A program made the position numbers and the translations under genes. The notes beneath the pieces were generated by a model. The model worked only from the letters and a program-made list of their open reading frames with translations. It was not told where the DNA came from and ran no database searches. Shown here in pieces: positions 1 through 10,105 of a stretch of 64,000 nucleotides of DNA. Source of the stretch: an uncultured Chromatiaceae bacterium (GTDB lineage: Bacteria; Pseudomonadota; Gammaproteobacteria; JAADHS01); contig CAYQVF010000009.1 in NCBI GenBank assembly GCA_964421045.1, positions 4,380-68,379 of the forward strand. Direction: 5' to 3'. Numbering within the stretch: position 1 is the first letter of the stretch; each line of letters opens with the position of its first letter.

Positions 1-2154
1 TTGTTCTACGGCGACGTCGGCAGCCCCCGGTACATTCCCGATGACCTTTTCCAGCTGGTGGCCCAGTGCAATAAGTTGATCAAAATCGTCGCCAAATATT
101 TTGACTGCAACTTCAGAGCGAACGCCTGAAATCAGTTCGTTAAAGCGCATTTGAATAGGCTGCAAAAACTCATAACGATTGCCCGGAATCGGTGTCACTA
201 AGGCTTCTAATTCAGCAATGAATTGAGTTTTTTCTTTGTTAGGGTCTGGCCATTCTTCCCGTGGTTTAAGAATAATAAAGTTATCCGCTACACTAGGTGG
301 CACTGCATCAGTTGCCACTTCAGCAGTACCGATTTTGGCAAACACTCTTTCGACTTCCGGTAGTTTTTTTATTTCTGATTCCAATATTTTTTGCAGATGG
401 ATGGCCTCGGTAAGAGAGGTGCCCGGAATGCGCAATGCGTGCATCGCAATATCTCCTTCATCAAGATTAGGCACGAATTCGGAGCCGAGCTTTGGAATTA
501 AAAAAGCAGAAAAAACAACCCAAGTAATCGCCAGAGCAACAACCAACCATCTCAGCTTCAGGGAGAGCAATAAAATAGGTTTGTAGAGTGAACGTGCCGC
601 CTGAACGGCTCTGTTTTTTTTCTCTTTTATGGGTTTTTTAAAGAGCAGTGCAACACCAGCCGGGATGAAGGTAATCGATAAAATCATCGCGCTGAGCAAA
701 GCAATGATCACTGTGATGGCCATGGGATGAAACATTTTCCCTTCTACGCCACTGAGCGCGAATATGGGAATATAAACCGCCGTAATAATGAACACCCCAA
801 AAAGTGCGGGACGAATCACCTCCCGAGTGGCCTCGAAGACAATGGCCAAACGTTCACTGAGTGAAAGTCCATCTTTATGATAGGCGTCACTCAACCGACG
901 CATGCAGTTTTCTACTATAATAACCGCGCCATCAATGATTAAACCAAAATCTAATGCGCCCAGGCTCATCAGATTGGCACTGGTTTTAGTTTGTACCATG
1001 CCCGTGATAGTCATTAACATGGCAATAGGAATAACCGCTGCAGTTAATATCGCGGCACGAATATTCCCTAAAAACAGAAAAAGAACAACGATGACCAACA
1101 ATGCGCCTTCCAAAAGATTCTTTTTAACCGTTGCCAGTGTTTTATCCACTAACGTGGTTCGGTTGTAAACTGCAGTGACAGTGATACCATCGGGCAAACT
1201 ACTTTTAATTTCTTCCAATTTGAGAGCAACATCATTAGCAACGGTACGGCTGTTTTCGCCAATTAACATAAAGACCGTGCTCATCACCACCTCTCGACCA
1301 TTTTGTGTGGCCGCACCCGAGCGTAATTCTTTACCCAAACTAACGCGAGCTACATCTTTGATGCGAATGGGAATGCCATGATGCTGACGAATAACAATAT
1401 TACCCAGGTCAGTGAGTGTGCTGGCTTGACCGGGGACACGCATCAACCACTGTGCACCGTTATGTTCTATGAAGCCCACGCCCCGGTTGTTGTTATTATT
1501 TTGGATGGCGTGTACCAGCTCTGAGTAGTCCATTTGGTAAGCCAGTAATTTGGCTGGCTCAGGTGCGACCAAAATTTCTTTTTTGAACCCCCCAATGGGA
1601 TTAATTTCAGCGACACCGGCAACGCGCATTAATTGTGGGCGAATAATCCAGTCATGCGCGGAGCGCAAATCCATGGGTGTAATCAAGCTACCATCACTAT
1701 TTTTGGCATTGAGTTCGGCATCGACGGTAAACATGAAAATTTCACCCAGCCCCGTTGCAATCGGACCCAGGGCAGGTTCTAACGAAAAGGGTAGATTGGC
1801 CTTGACGGTACTCAGACGTTCATGGACTAATTGTCGGGCAAAATAAATATCCGTACCTTCTTCAAATACCACCGTCACTTGCGATAAGCCATAGCGTGAA
1901 AGTGAGCGAGTATAGGATAGCTTGGGTAACCCCGCCATCGCCGTTTCTACGGGGAAACTCACCCGTTGCTCTGCTTCCAGTGGGGTATAACCGGGTGCGG
2001 CCGTATTAATGACAACCTGAACATTGGTAATATCCGGTACGGCGTCAATCGGCAATTGGGTAAATTTCCACACGCCCAAACCCATCACGATAAGGACGAG
2101 CGCCATCACTAATCCTCGGCGGGCAAGTGCAAATTTGATAATCGCTTCTAGCAT
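1..2154 (-). CDS. czcA: Heavy-metal efflux RND transporter (CzcA/CusA family), N-terminal ~718 codons. The gene continues past the window start.
   Basis: Manual minus-strand translation from the ATG at 2154 gives MLEAIIKFALARRGLVMALVLIVMGLGVWKFTQLPIDAVPDITNVQVVINTAAPGYTPLEAEQRVSFPVE...GREVVMSTVFMLIGENSRTV, a typical HME-RND N-terminus. The frame stays open to position 1, and the ORF track omits it because it lacks a stop inside the window. It lies directly downstream of the membrane-fusion-protein and outer-membrane-factor genes. Confidence 0.8.
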   Translation of the reverse strand, partial: MLEAIIKFALARRGLVMALVLIVMGLGVWKFTQLPIDAVPDITNVQVVINTAAPGYTPLEAEQRVSFPVETAMAGLPKLSYTRSLSRYGLSQVTVVFEEGTDIYFARQLVHERLSTVKANLPFSLEPALGPIATGLGEIFMFTVDAELNAKNSDGSLITPMDLRSAHDWIIRPQLMRVAGVAEINPIGGFKKEILVAPEPAKLLAYQMDYSELVHAIQNNNNNRGVGFIEHNGAQWLMRVPGQASTLTDLGNIVIRQHHGIPIRIKDVARVSLGKELRSGAATQNGREVVMSTVFMLIGENSRTVANDVALKLEEIKSSLPDGITVTAVYNRTTLVDKTLATVKKNLLEGALLVIVVLFLFLGNIRAAILTAAVIPIAMLMTITGMVQTKTSANLMSLGALDFGLIIDGAVIIVENCMRRLSDAYHKDGLSLSERLAIVFEATREVIRPALFGVFIITAVYIPIFALSGVEGKMFHPMAITVIIALLSAMILSITFIPAGVALLFKKPIKEKKNRAVQAARSLYKPILLLSLKLRWLVVALAITWVVFSAFLIPKLGSEFVPNLDEGDIAMHALRIPGTSLTEAIHLQKILESEIKKLPEVERVFAKIGTAEVATDAVPPSVADNFIILKPREEWPDPNKEKTQFIAELEALVTPIPGNRYEFLQPIQMRFNELISGVRSEVAVKIFGDDFDQLIALGHQLEKVIGNVPGAADVAVEQ

Positions 2155-2166
2155 AATGAGTGGCCT

Positions 2167-3420
2167 TTAATGATCGTGAGCGGCGCCGGATTTTTCAATG
2201 TCGGCTTTGATGACGTAGCTGTTTTCGCTGACATAACGGGTACCCGGTTCCAGGCCACCCAACACTTCAGCCCATTCACCTGTTTGCAGGCCAAGATCGA
2301 GCATACGAACCTCGTACTGCTCTCCTATTTGCGCATAAACTACCGTGAAATCCCTGAAAGCTTGTAGACCGGTTCGTTTCACCGCTAAAGCGGCGGCGTG
2401 TTCTCTCACGGTTATTGCGGCGCTAATATGACGTCCGGGGCGAAGTTGGCCTTTTTTGTTATTCAATACGACGCGCACCTTAACCGTTTGATCGGTTTCA
2501 GCCGTTATGTTGATTTGAGAGATTTTGCCGTTGGCCGATTGCTTGCTTGTTGTATCGGTAATGGTCACGGGGGCACCCATTTTTACTTGATGTAAATCAC
2601 TAGGGAAGATGAAAAGCTCCGCCCAAACAGAACGGGTATCCATAATTGTGAACAGTTGACGTCCATCCGTTTGTTCGCCGACGTTAGCATCACGTTGAAT
2701 AATGACGCCATTGATAGGCGCATTTACCGTAAACAGTTGCAAGCTTTCATTGCTTTCAACCGTCGCCAATTTTTGACCTTTGCGAACCTGTTCACCCAGT
2801 GCGGGTGAGACTGATTTAATCATGCCATCAAAGCGAGCGGTGATTTTTCGCAGACGCTCATTATTGGCTGCGATCTGACCGTATACCGTGATGGTTTCTT
2901 GCATCAGCACAGAACCTGCAACCGTGGTGCCGATTTCTAGAGCTTCGGCTACCGCAGCTTCAATTTCAGTCCTGCCCTCAAAACTATCGTATTGCCAGGT
3001 ATGTGTTAACCCATCGTGAGTTGCTTTGATCGCAACAGAGAATGAATGGGGTTCATAAATAACGGTATCACCGCGTAAAACGTCACCCTGAGGCTTGAAT
3101 TTGATGTTTTCTTGTTTACCACCCAGACGAGTCAAAGTAATATCAAGATCGATCGCTTCAGGTGCCAATGCTTTGTTATTTTTTGTTGCCCAGGCACGAA
3201 ACTCTGGCGGCACACCCGTCTCGAAAATAGCCAGTTCAAGGATGAAATCGCCATCTTTAAATAATCGCCCTCGATGCGGACCTTTTTCCGGTTCTGCCTC
3301 AATCGTTTCACCATGAGCCTCTTTTTCTGGCATTGTTTTTTCTAAATCTACGTTACCGCAAGCGGTGAGAAAAATCGCCCATAGAAATAGCAATATAGAA
3401 TTTTTCACCATTTTTTTCAT
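2167..3420 (-). CDS. czcB: Efflux RND periplasmic adaptor (membrane fusion protein, CzcB/CusB family), lipoprotein
   Basis: 417-aa protein with a signal peptide plus Cys (LTAC lipobox). The C-terminal region is typical of HlyD-like membrane fusion proteins. It overlaps the outer-membrane-factor gene by 4 nt and is 12 nt upstream of the RND pump gene. Confidence 0.75.
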   Translation of the reverse strand: MKKMVKNSILLFLWAIFLTACGNVDLEKTMPEKEAHGETIEAEPEKGPHRGRLFKDGDFILELAIFETGVPPEFRAWATKNNKALAPEAIDLDITLTRLGGKQENIKFKPQGDVLRGDTVIYEPHSFSVAIKATHDGLTHTWQYDSFEGRTEIEAAVAEALEIGTTVAGSVLMQETITVYGQIAANNERLRKITARFDGMIKSVSPALGEQVRKGQKLATVESNESLQLFTVNAPINGVIIQRDANVGEQTDGRQLFTIMDTRSVWAELFIFPSDLHQVKMGAPVTITDTTSKQSANGKISQINITAETDQTVKVRVVLNNKKGQLRPGRHISAAITVREHAAALAVKRTGLQAFRDFTVVYAQIGEQYEVRMLDLGLQTGEWAEVLGGLEPGTRYVSENSYVIKADIEKSGAAHDH

Positions 3421-4697
3421 AGCCGTTTTCCTGGTGCTGTTTGTTTTAAGTGAAGGGTTGGCTGTATCAAACGCACGCCCGTTAATCGTTCAATTTCAAT
3501 AATATTACGATGAGCATCAATACTGGCTTCAATGAGGGTATTGTGCGCATCCAGAACCTCATCCTGAACACTCCGCCACTCTAAATAACTGTAGCGTCCA
3601 AGCTGGTATGCGCGACGAGTTTGAGTGAGTGCTTGCTCAAGGGGAGGTATAATTTCGTTACGCACAGTTTCAATAACATACAAACTGCGTTGCAATTTTT
3701 CATAGATGACATAGAGCGCTGTTTCGATGCGAATCCGTGCCGCGTGCTCTTCACGGTTAGTTTGAGCCAGATTAGCACGCGCTTCCGCAATACGGCCTGG
3801 GTTAAGTGTGCGTTTGCCAAAGGGGATGCTAATGCCCGCGACAAGGGCTTGATCATGGTCTCTGTTATTATGACGAACCCCTGCATTCACACGCCAGCTT
3901 GGTTTTTTTTGAGCCAGTGCGAGCTGTAACTCGGCTTTTTTTAGAAGCTGGTCTGACAATAGTCTTTCGAATTCAGGGTTTTGTGCTAGCTGCAATTTAA
4001 GGGTTACAAAGGATGCCACCTGAATAGGACGAGTAATATCACCTTCAACTCGTGAAAAAGTAGGTATGGTCTCTCCCCATTGAGCCGCCAAACGACGATT
4101 CGCTGAAATTCTTTTATAGTCAATGTCTTTGCGTTCCAACTTTCTGCGAGTCCATTCAGCTTGAGCTCTGAGCCGTTCAGCATCCGGTGTTTTACCTGCT
4201 TTCACGCGTTTATCTACCACTTTAATGGTTTCTTTTGCGAGCTGAACGGTTTTATCCGCATTCACTTCACGAGCCTGGTAGGCCAAGCTGGCCAGATAAC
4301 GACGTGCGGTTTCAGCTGCGGCATCCAATTGCCTGATATCCGCTTCAACAGCAACCAAGGAAGAACCGGCGCGAGCTGCATCAATATGACGCTGTCGAAC
4401 TCCGCGTTCCAGCACCCAACTAATACTCAGTGTTGCTTGCGCACTGTCTACGCTTTTATTATTTCCCGTGCCTAACACATCTTCGAGTTCGAAATTTAAT
4501 TCAGGGCTGGGTGCCAACTCCGCTTGCAGCACGCGCCCTTGCTGTGCTTCAATTTGATAGTCAAAGGCTCGTAGTTCCGGGTTGTGTTCAATGGTTTTGG
4601 TCACGGCTTCATGCAAGCTCATCGTGCGTGCCTTCGCCTCTAAAGTTGGGGCTGCACTCACGGCTGAACTGAATAAAAGTAAAAAAAATAAGGCCAT
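3417..4697 (-). CDS. czcC: Outer-membrane efflux protein (TolC/CzcC family)
   Basis: The ORF extends to 4799, but the probable start is the Met at 4697 (MALFFLLLFSSAVSA signal peptide). Its length and coiled, repeat-rich sequence fit an outer membrane factor, and it is first in the C-B-A order. Confidence 0.7.
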   Translation of the reverse strand: MALFFLLLFSSAVSAAPTLEAKARTMSLHEAVTKTIEHNPELRAFDYQIEAQQGRVLQAELAPSPELNFELEDVLGTGNNKSVDSAQATLSISWVLERGVRQRHIDAARAGSSLVAVEADIRQLDAAAETARRYLASLAYQAREVNADKTVQLAKETIKVVDKRVKAGKTPDAERLRAQAEWTRRKLERKDIDYKRISANRRLAAQWGETIPTFSRVEGDITRPIQVASFVTLKLQLAQNPEFERLLSDQLLKKAELQLALAQKKPSWRVNAGVRHNNRDHDQALVAGISIPFGKRTLNPGRIAEARANLAQTNREEHAARIRIETALYVIYEKLQRSLYVIETVRNEIIPPLEQALTQTRRAYQLGRYSYLEWRSVQDEVLDAHNTLIEASIDAHRNIIEIERLTGVRLIQPTLHLKQTAPGKRL

Positions 4698-4886
4698 TCG
4701 TCTCTCCGTTTGTGCCGCTATAAAAAAACATCTCCACATTACACACTCCTTACATACGATTGCTATACCCCCCATAGTACTTATGGATTCAGGTGTCATG
4801 GGTATCGTTCAGGCACAACAAATTGATTTTAATAATTTATCCTGGAAAGCTTAGCGCTAGCTTAAGGTGAAAGTTTTCAGAAAAAT

Positions 4887-5321
4887 TTAGTGCTGAGGAG
4901 GTGCCCGTAAAGGCGGAGAAAGGACGTAATGCTCCTGAATAATCAATTTTTTCTTTCGGAAGGGTCGAACAAAATGGGCTGAAGAAACAAGCCTTGCCAA
5001 GGTGAATAAAAAAATGAACAGAGCGATCACAATAAGATTATTGGCCATTTTTTTCAATAGCCCATCTGGACTGATATCAATCTCCGATATCACCTCATCA
5101 TGATACGCTTCATGAGAGGCATCATGAGAAAAATGCGCCCTGCTTAAATAAGGGTGATCGTTTGTTTCATTAATATCAGGAGTGAGGCTATGTAGCTCTG
5201 TATGTTCGTGACCCAAATTATGGATATGTAACGTAACACCCTGCGCGCACAATAGCGATAATATCAGCAATAAGCTCCACAATAGCATTGTTCGTTTGCT
5301 CATCTGACGATAGAAATTCAT
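4887..5321 (-). CDS. His-rich membrane-anchored protein; possible periplasmic metal-binding accessory (CzcI-like role) of the efflux operon
   Basis: 144 aa with an N-terminal signal-like segment, a His-rich middle (HIHNLGHEHTELH, HFSHDASHEAYHDE) and a C-terminal TM helix. It lies immediately upstream of czcC on the same strand. Confidence 0.4.
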   Translation of the reverse strand: MNFYRQMSKRTMLLWSLLLILSLLCAQGVTLHIHNLGHEHTELHSLTPDINETNDHPYLSRAHFSHDASHEAYHDEVISEIDISPDGLLKKMANNLIVIALFIFLFTLARLVSSAHFVRPFRKKKLIIQEHYVLSPPLRAPPQH

Positions 5322-5626
5322 AGCGAGTTCAGTATATCCAGTAACATGACTCGAAACAACCCTATAGATATTAATGCAGAAAGTTTCGGTTAAACTCTTA
5401 AGTCGAAGAAAGTTATAATACAGTTTTTTCTCTGAAAACGGGCAGAAAATAGCTTTTTTATAAAACTTTATAAGCTTGATAGTGTGCGTCTTACCAGCAA
5501 ACTGTACTTGTCTTCATTTAAAGTCATTGACGAGCATCATCAAGCGACTCAAACTGTTGATACAGACTCAATTTAAAATGCGTAAATTGAAGCATTAACA
5601 CAAAGACTGAAAAGTGAGGGAAATAA

Positions 5627-6727
5627 GTGATGGAAAGTACAACGGTAACAACACTGCCAGGCACAGGCAGCACAGCCGATCTACCCAAAGAACACGATAG
5701 CAATACAATACTGGCCAATAACGAATCCAGCATTGCCTCACTCGTATCTGAAATTCAAATGCAGGATTCAGAAAGCATTCTGCATTTCGGTTCAAAAACT
5801 CAGTATAAACTCACGGAAATCTCTGAGAACATGCTGGATGGTGTAAAAAATAAAGATCTTGGCTCTGCTGGGGGTGCATTAAATGAAGTTGTTTCCGTTC
5901 TCCGAGGATTTGATATCGATTCAATCAAAAAACCCTCTTTTTTTGAAAAAATATTGGGTAAAGCCAATCCTGTCGCAAAAATTTTACAGCGCTATGAATC
6001 GGTAAGAGGGCAAATTGATGCCATTACGAATCGTTTGGAAGGTCACAAAACGCAACTTTTAACCGATATTATTTCCCTGGATAAATTATACGAAGCCAAT
6101 CTGAATTATTTCCATGACCTTGAAACTTATATCGCTGCTGGTGAAATAAAACTAAAAAACCTGGATGAAAAAGAACTCCCTGAACTGGCAAAAAAAACAG
6201 AGCAATCAGACCAGGTTTTAGATGCACAAACACTCAGTGATCTACGCGCATCAAGAGATGAGCTTGAAAGGCGTGTACATGATTTACGACTCACTCGTCA
6301 GGTTGCTTTACAAGCCTTGCCAAGTATTCGTTTGGTGCAAGAGAATGACAAAGGACTCGTTAATAAAATTAACTCGACCATCGTAAATACGGTGCCATTG
6401 TGGCAAAACCAACTGGCTCAGGCACTGACTATTTCCCGTGCATCACAAGCAGGTAAAACATTACAAGCAGCCACAGACCTAACCAATGAATTATTGGAAT
6501 CCAATGCAAAAAATTTGAATACTTCAAATGCACAGATACGCAAGCAACTGGAACGTGGAACATTTGATATTGAATCCATTAAAAAGGCCAATACACTACT
6601 GATCACCACCATTGAAGAAAGCATTCAAATCTCTGAAGCCGGAAAAAAAGCAAGAGCTGAGGCAGTAACTGAGTTAATAGATGCTGAAAACAAACTAAAA
6701 ACCGCTTTAACAAAAGCTAAAGCTTAG
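5627..6727 (+). CDS. TelA/KlaA-like toxic-anion-resistance family protein (tentative)
   Basis: 366 aa, hydrophilic and coiled-coil rich, with a low-complexity N-terminus. The length and the YIAAGEIKLKNL-type segment are reminiscent of the TelA family. It is divergent from the metal-efflux cluster. Confidence 0.4.
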   Translation: MMESTTVTTLPGTGSTADLPKEHDSNTILANNESSIASLVSEIQMQDSESILHFGSKTQYKLTEISENMLDGVKNKDLGSAGGALNEVVSVLRGFDIDSIKKPSFFEKILGKANPVAKILQRYESVRGQIDAITNRLEGHKTQLLTDIISLDKLYEANLNYFHDLETYIAAGEIKLKNLDEKELPELAKKTEQSDQVLDAQTLSDLRASRDELERRVHDLRLTRQVALQALPSIRLVQENDKGLVNKINSTIVNTVPLWQNQLAQALTISRASQAGKTLQAATDLTNELLESNAKNLNTSNAQIRKQLERGTFDIESIKKANTLLITTIEESIQISEAGKKARAEAVTELIDAENKLKTALTKAKA

Positions 6728-6822
6728 ATGTACGGATTACGCCGTGCAGTCTGGGCAAAAAAAGTCGGTTGTCGTGTAGCCAAATCGGTTTTTAACAGGA
6801 AGCTCAAAAAAGCAATACTGAG

Positions 6823-6900
6823 GTGTAGTAGCTCAAATCTAAACTAACAGACACCCTAAAAAAACGGGTAACTGTCAGATTAGGTCTGAGCTACTACATC
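6823..6900. terminator. Imperfect ~20-bp inverted repeat (GTGTAGTAGCTCAAATCTAA ... TTAGGTCTGAGCTACTACATC) between convergent genes
   Basis: Seen directly in the sequence. The arms are 6823-6842 and 6880-6900 with a ~37-nt spacer and 2-3 mismatches. It sits between the 3' ends of the TelA-like (+) gene and the LVIVD (-) gene. No U-run follows, so it may not be an intrinsic terminator. Confidence 0.3.
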
Positions 6901-7111
6901 TAATTGTTTGATTAATTCTTCAACTGTAATTTTCGACATTATATATCCTTTATTTGATGCAACGTAACAACTGCGATTAAAAACATAGTCGAGTAGAGCC
7001 AGGCGTGCGCAATCTTAGGTGAAGAGTTTTTCCGACCTGTACTTTTTGCGGTTGTGCAGCGGGTTCCTAGTTTCACCCTCATCCACTTTTCCTATGCCCT
7101 CTCTAATATAC

Positions 7112-10105
7112 TTAGTCCCTGTCGCCACACAAACTTTGGTTATCACAATGTATGCGGGCGTTAGAAAAAGACATTTTCATTTTAATGGCATTGGGGTATG
7201 GGTAGGCTATTCCCGCAGCGTTTATATTAAGATCATAACTGCCCAGAGGCATAAACCGGGGGAAAATAGCTTTAAACAGATTTTTATTCACCTGATCAGG
7301 AATGAAGTTCACTTCGGGTAATGGCTTCAATGCAGTAATCATCGTATTTCCGGCGAGATAAACTGCGTCAACTCCAGGCCAAAACCGGGTCAGTTGACCG
7401 ATTAATGGGTACTCAACCTTCAGCTTTAATTCAGGAGCAGAATATTCTAACAACGAGCCTGACGCAGCGAGAGCATATAGTTCCCCCTCAGCCAGGCTCA
7501 AATCGGTAATGGACTCATTTAACTTGATTTTATTCAGCAATGTTAAACCTGTACTCGTTAAGCGATATAATCTTAAATACTTATCGTTTTGATAGGCTAC
7601 GAGTTGATTTGAGCGAACACTAATCAAGTTTGCGGCAACAGGAAGGTCGTATTTTTTTACTAGTTTCAAATCGGAGTCAAACACCATCAATCCCGCTTCA
7701 GCCTGCTGTAAGGCAACGTATAACTTATCTGAATACCCAGCAATATCGTTAACTATGCCACCAGACCACAGGACTTGACTCATCTTTTTCCCGCTCACAT
7801 CAACACGAAGAAGCGCTTGCTCAGCTGTGATGATAAAAATGGCGTACTCACTAAGTATTATTTTTTTTGGATTAACACGCAATTCAATATGTCGCAATGC
7901 ATGAGCCTGGAAAGGATTGCTGATGTCTATTTCAGTCAATAAACCCGCATCAGAAATGACATAAGCTCGTGTCTCATTAATGGCAATCCCGACGCTGTTT
8001 CCAGGTAAATCAACACCGGTCACCCAGGTTGGGTTGAGCGGGTTTTTATTATCAAATACTTGCACCCCCCCTTCTCCATTTGCACTATAAAGATAATGAC
8101 CTTGCTCAACGACTTGCTCAACCACGCCACGCTCATGATAGCGATCTTTCAATGTCAATTTTCGGGGATTGCTAACATCAATCGTAACGACCCCACCCCA
8201 CCAGTCCATAACAAAAAGATGACCCTTATTATAAGCCAAGCCCCAGGCGGCACCGCTGGTATCATAACTGCCCAACAAACGCAGTGTGTTCACATCACTG
8301 ATATCAACAACATGAACACCGGCCAACCAATCTGCGATATAGGCATAATTCTCATGCAGATCAATGCCCCGTGCATTACCTGGCGTAGCCAGCATCGCCA
8401 AAAGTTCAGGCCTAACCGCATCTGCCACGTCAATAGCCATCAGCCCCTGGTCAAAAAAAGTAACGTAGGCAATATTATCTCTAACCCGTACATCTTCCGC
8501 TCGACCTTCAGGGTTAAACTGCCCCAGCAAACCGGGATGGCTGGGTTCGGTCACATCATAGATCAACAATCCCGCTGCATCATCCGCGATATAAGCTTTA
8601 TGATCCACGACATCGATCCCCCATGACATCCCTGGTGTATCAATATGAGCGATGATACTGGGTTGCAGTGGATTGCTGATATCGAGTATTTGGAAACCGC
8701 CCTGATGACTGGCCAGATAAAGATGATCTCCCACAATTTTGGGAATATAAGCCAAACCCGGTGTTAATATATGCGCTGCGTATTTTGGCTGCTGCACGTT
8801 GTGTACATCCACAATATGCAAGCCGTGATCATCATCGGCAATATAGGCATAACCGGCTTTGACAACCACGCCTTTTGGCGAACCCGGCGTATGATAACTG
8901 GAGATCAGTTTAATCCGTGCGGGATCACTGATGTCATAAATATGCATGCCTGAAAACCAATCCGCAACATAAGCAATATCATCTTCAATAAAAAGACGGC
9001 GCTCACCACCAAAGTTCACCCCTTGACCTGAGTCTAAACGTTGATTAGTCAACTGCGGAGGCGTAGCAGAAAAGTCTATTTTTTTTACACCACCTTGCTG
9101 AGCAATAATAATATCGTTATTATGCATGGCCAGCTCATAAATTGAACCTTTTGCATCATATACCGAGATGGTGGTTGGCATCATAGGTAAAGCAACATCA
9201 ACAACAATCACCTCCCCTTCCAGGTTGTAAAGCACCAGACGATCTTGAGCGAGATCTAATTGTAACTGGCGCACCGCTCCCAAGCGGCTATGGCTACCTA
9301 ACCAGCTCAGTTGTCCATCGGCCTGCAAACCAAGAATAAGGACACCACCCGCCCCTAAGGCAACATAGACATAAGTTCCGCCCATTTTAATATCGTAAAC
9401 AGGTAAAGAAACATGATAAGACCCCTGGTATTTTGCACCCTGCGCACTGAGCAAGTAGTACCTGATTTCTCCAGACTCAGTCACAACAAGGAGTGTATTG
9501 TCATTCACTGTAATCATATCAGCAGACTGTTCCGTCACGATGACATGGGGCTTGATCTGTTCTGTTACTGTCGTATCAAAGCGAACCACTTCTGCATGGT
9601 CCGTGGTGACATATAATTTTCCACCCTCAATAATCGCATGCTGAATCCTGGCACGACCTTGATACTGTGCCCGTAAAGCTAACTGCCCACCATCGAGTAC
9701 ATCATAGGCGGTAATATCGCCATTCGTCGTGATGACAAATAAGACATCATGACTCATCCCGACCCATTGGTATTTAGCTTGTGCTAATGTCGCTCTCTTT
9801 TTTCCTGAGTCTAAATCTCGAACCTCGAGTTCACCCTGCTCTGTAATAACAAAAACATAGTCATCAGAGACAGTCAAAAACTGCGCCTGATAAGGCAATG
9901 CAAATTTACCTACCAGCCTAGCACCACCCGGATGAAGCGTGATATTGTCCACGTTTTTTTTAACTTCTACAGCCACTGTAGTCTGTTTACCATATGAAAT
10001 AACAGCCGGATCCAGTTGCTTCAGCAACCCCGAATCAGCATTCAGGCTGCTCGCCCCTAAAAATAAACAAAGACTCCCTGAAATGATTTTAAGTTTATCT
10101 ATCAT
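7112..10105 (-). CDS. Large secreted LVIVD-repeat (beta-propeller) protein
   Basis: 997 aa with a signal peptide ([23 protein letters not shown]). It has at least 8 tandem repeats of the LVIVD type (YAYIADDDHGLHIVDVHN, AYIADDAAGLLIYDVTEP, AYIADWLAGVHVVDISDVN, LFVMDWWGGVVTIDVSNP, AYVADWFSGMHIYDISDP, LYLASHQGGFQILDISNP ...). Its start overlaps the stop of the upstream histidine kinase gene. Confidence 0.7.
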   Translation of the reverse strand: MIDKLKIISGSLCLFLGASSLNADSGLLKQLDPAVISYGKQTTVAVEVKKNVDNITLHPGGARLVGKFALPYQAQFLTVSDDYVFVITEQGELEVRDLDSGKKRATLAQAKYQWVGMSHDVLFVITTNGDITAYDVLDGGQLALRAQYQGRARIQHAIIEGGKLYVTTDHAEVVRFDTTVTEQIKPHVIVTEQSADMITVNDNTLLVVTESGEIRYYLLSAQGAKYQGSYHVSLPVYDIKMGGTYVYVALGAGGVLILGLQADGQLSWLGSHSRLGAVRQLQLDLAQDRLVLYNLEGEVIVVDVALPMMPTTISVYDAKGSIYELAMHNNDIIIAQQGGVKKIDFSATPPQLTNQRLDSGQGVNFGGERRLFIEDDIAYVADWFSGMHIYDISDPARIKLISSYHTPGSPKGVVVKAGYAYIADDDHGLHIVDVHNVQQPKYAAHILTPGLAYIPKIVGDHLYLASHQGGFQILDISNPLQPSIIAHIDTPGMSWGIDVVDHKAYIADDAAGLLIYDVTEPSHPGLLGQFNPEGRAEDVRVRDNIAYVTFFDQGLMAIDVADAVRPELLAMLATPGNARGIDLHENYAYIADWLAGVHVVDISDVNTLRLLGSYDTSGAAWGLAYNKGHLFVMDWWGGVVTIDVSNPRKLTLKDRYHERGVVEQVVEQGHYLYSANGEGGVQVFDNKNPLNPTWVTGVDLPGNSVGIAINETRAYVISDAGLLTEIDISNPFQAHALRHIELRVNPKKIILSEYAIFIITAEQALLRVDVSGKKMSQVLWSGGIVNDIAGYSDKLYVALQQAEAGLMVFDSDLKLVKKYDLPVAANLISVRSNQLVAYQNDKYLRLYRLTSTGLTLLNKIKLNESITDLSLAEGELYALAASGSLLEYSAPELKLKVEYPLIGQLTRFWPGVDAVYLAGNTMITALKPLPEVNFIPDQVNKNLFKAIFPRFMPLGSYDLNINAAGIAYPYPNAIKMKMSFSNARIHCDNQSLCGDRD

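Noticed and set aside
236-1846. Four plus-strand ORFs (236-586, 902-1168, 1175-1381, 1550-1846) listed in the track at the left edge
   Set aside because: Manual translation shows one continuous minus-strand CzcA-family RND gene across 1-2154. The plus-strand ORFs are antisense artefacts.
8060-8626. A 188-aa ORF on the plus strand inside the LVIVD gene. Similar antisense ORFs occur elsewhere, for example 37178-37501 in hemN, 35703-36092 in aroC and 11620-11910 in the kinase gene.
   Set aside because: These lie entirely within well-supported genes on the opposite strand and show no start context, so they are typical shadow ORFs in a six-frame translation.
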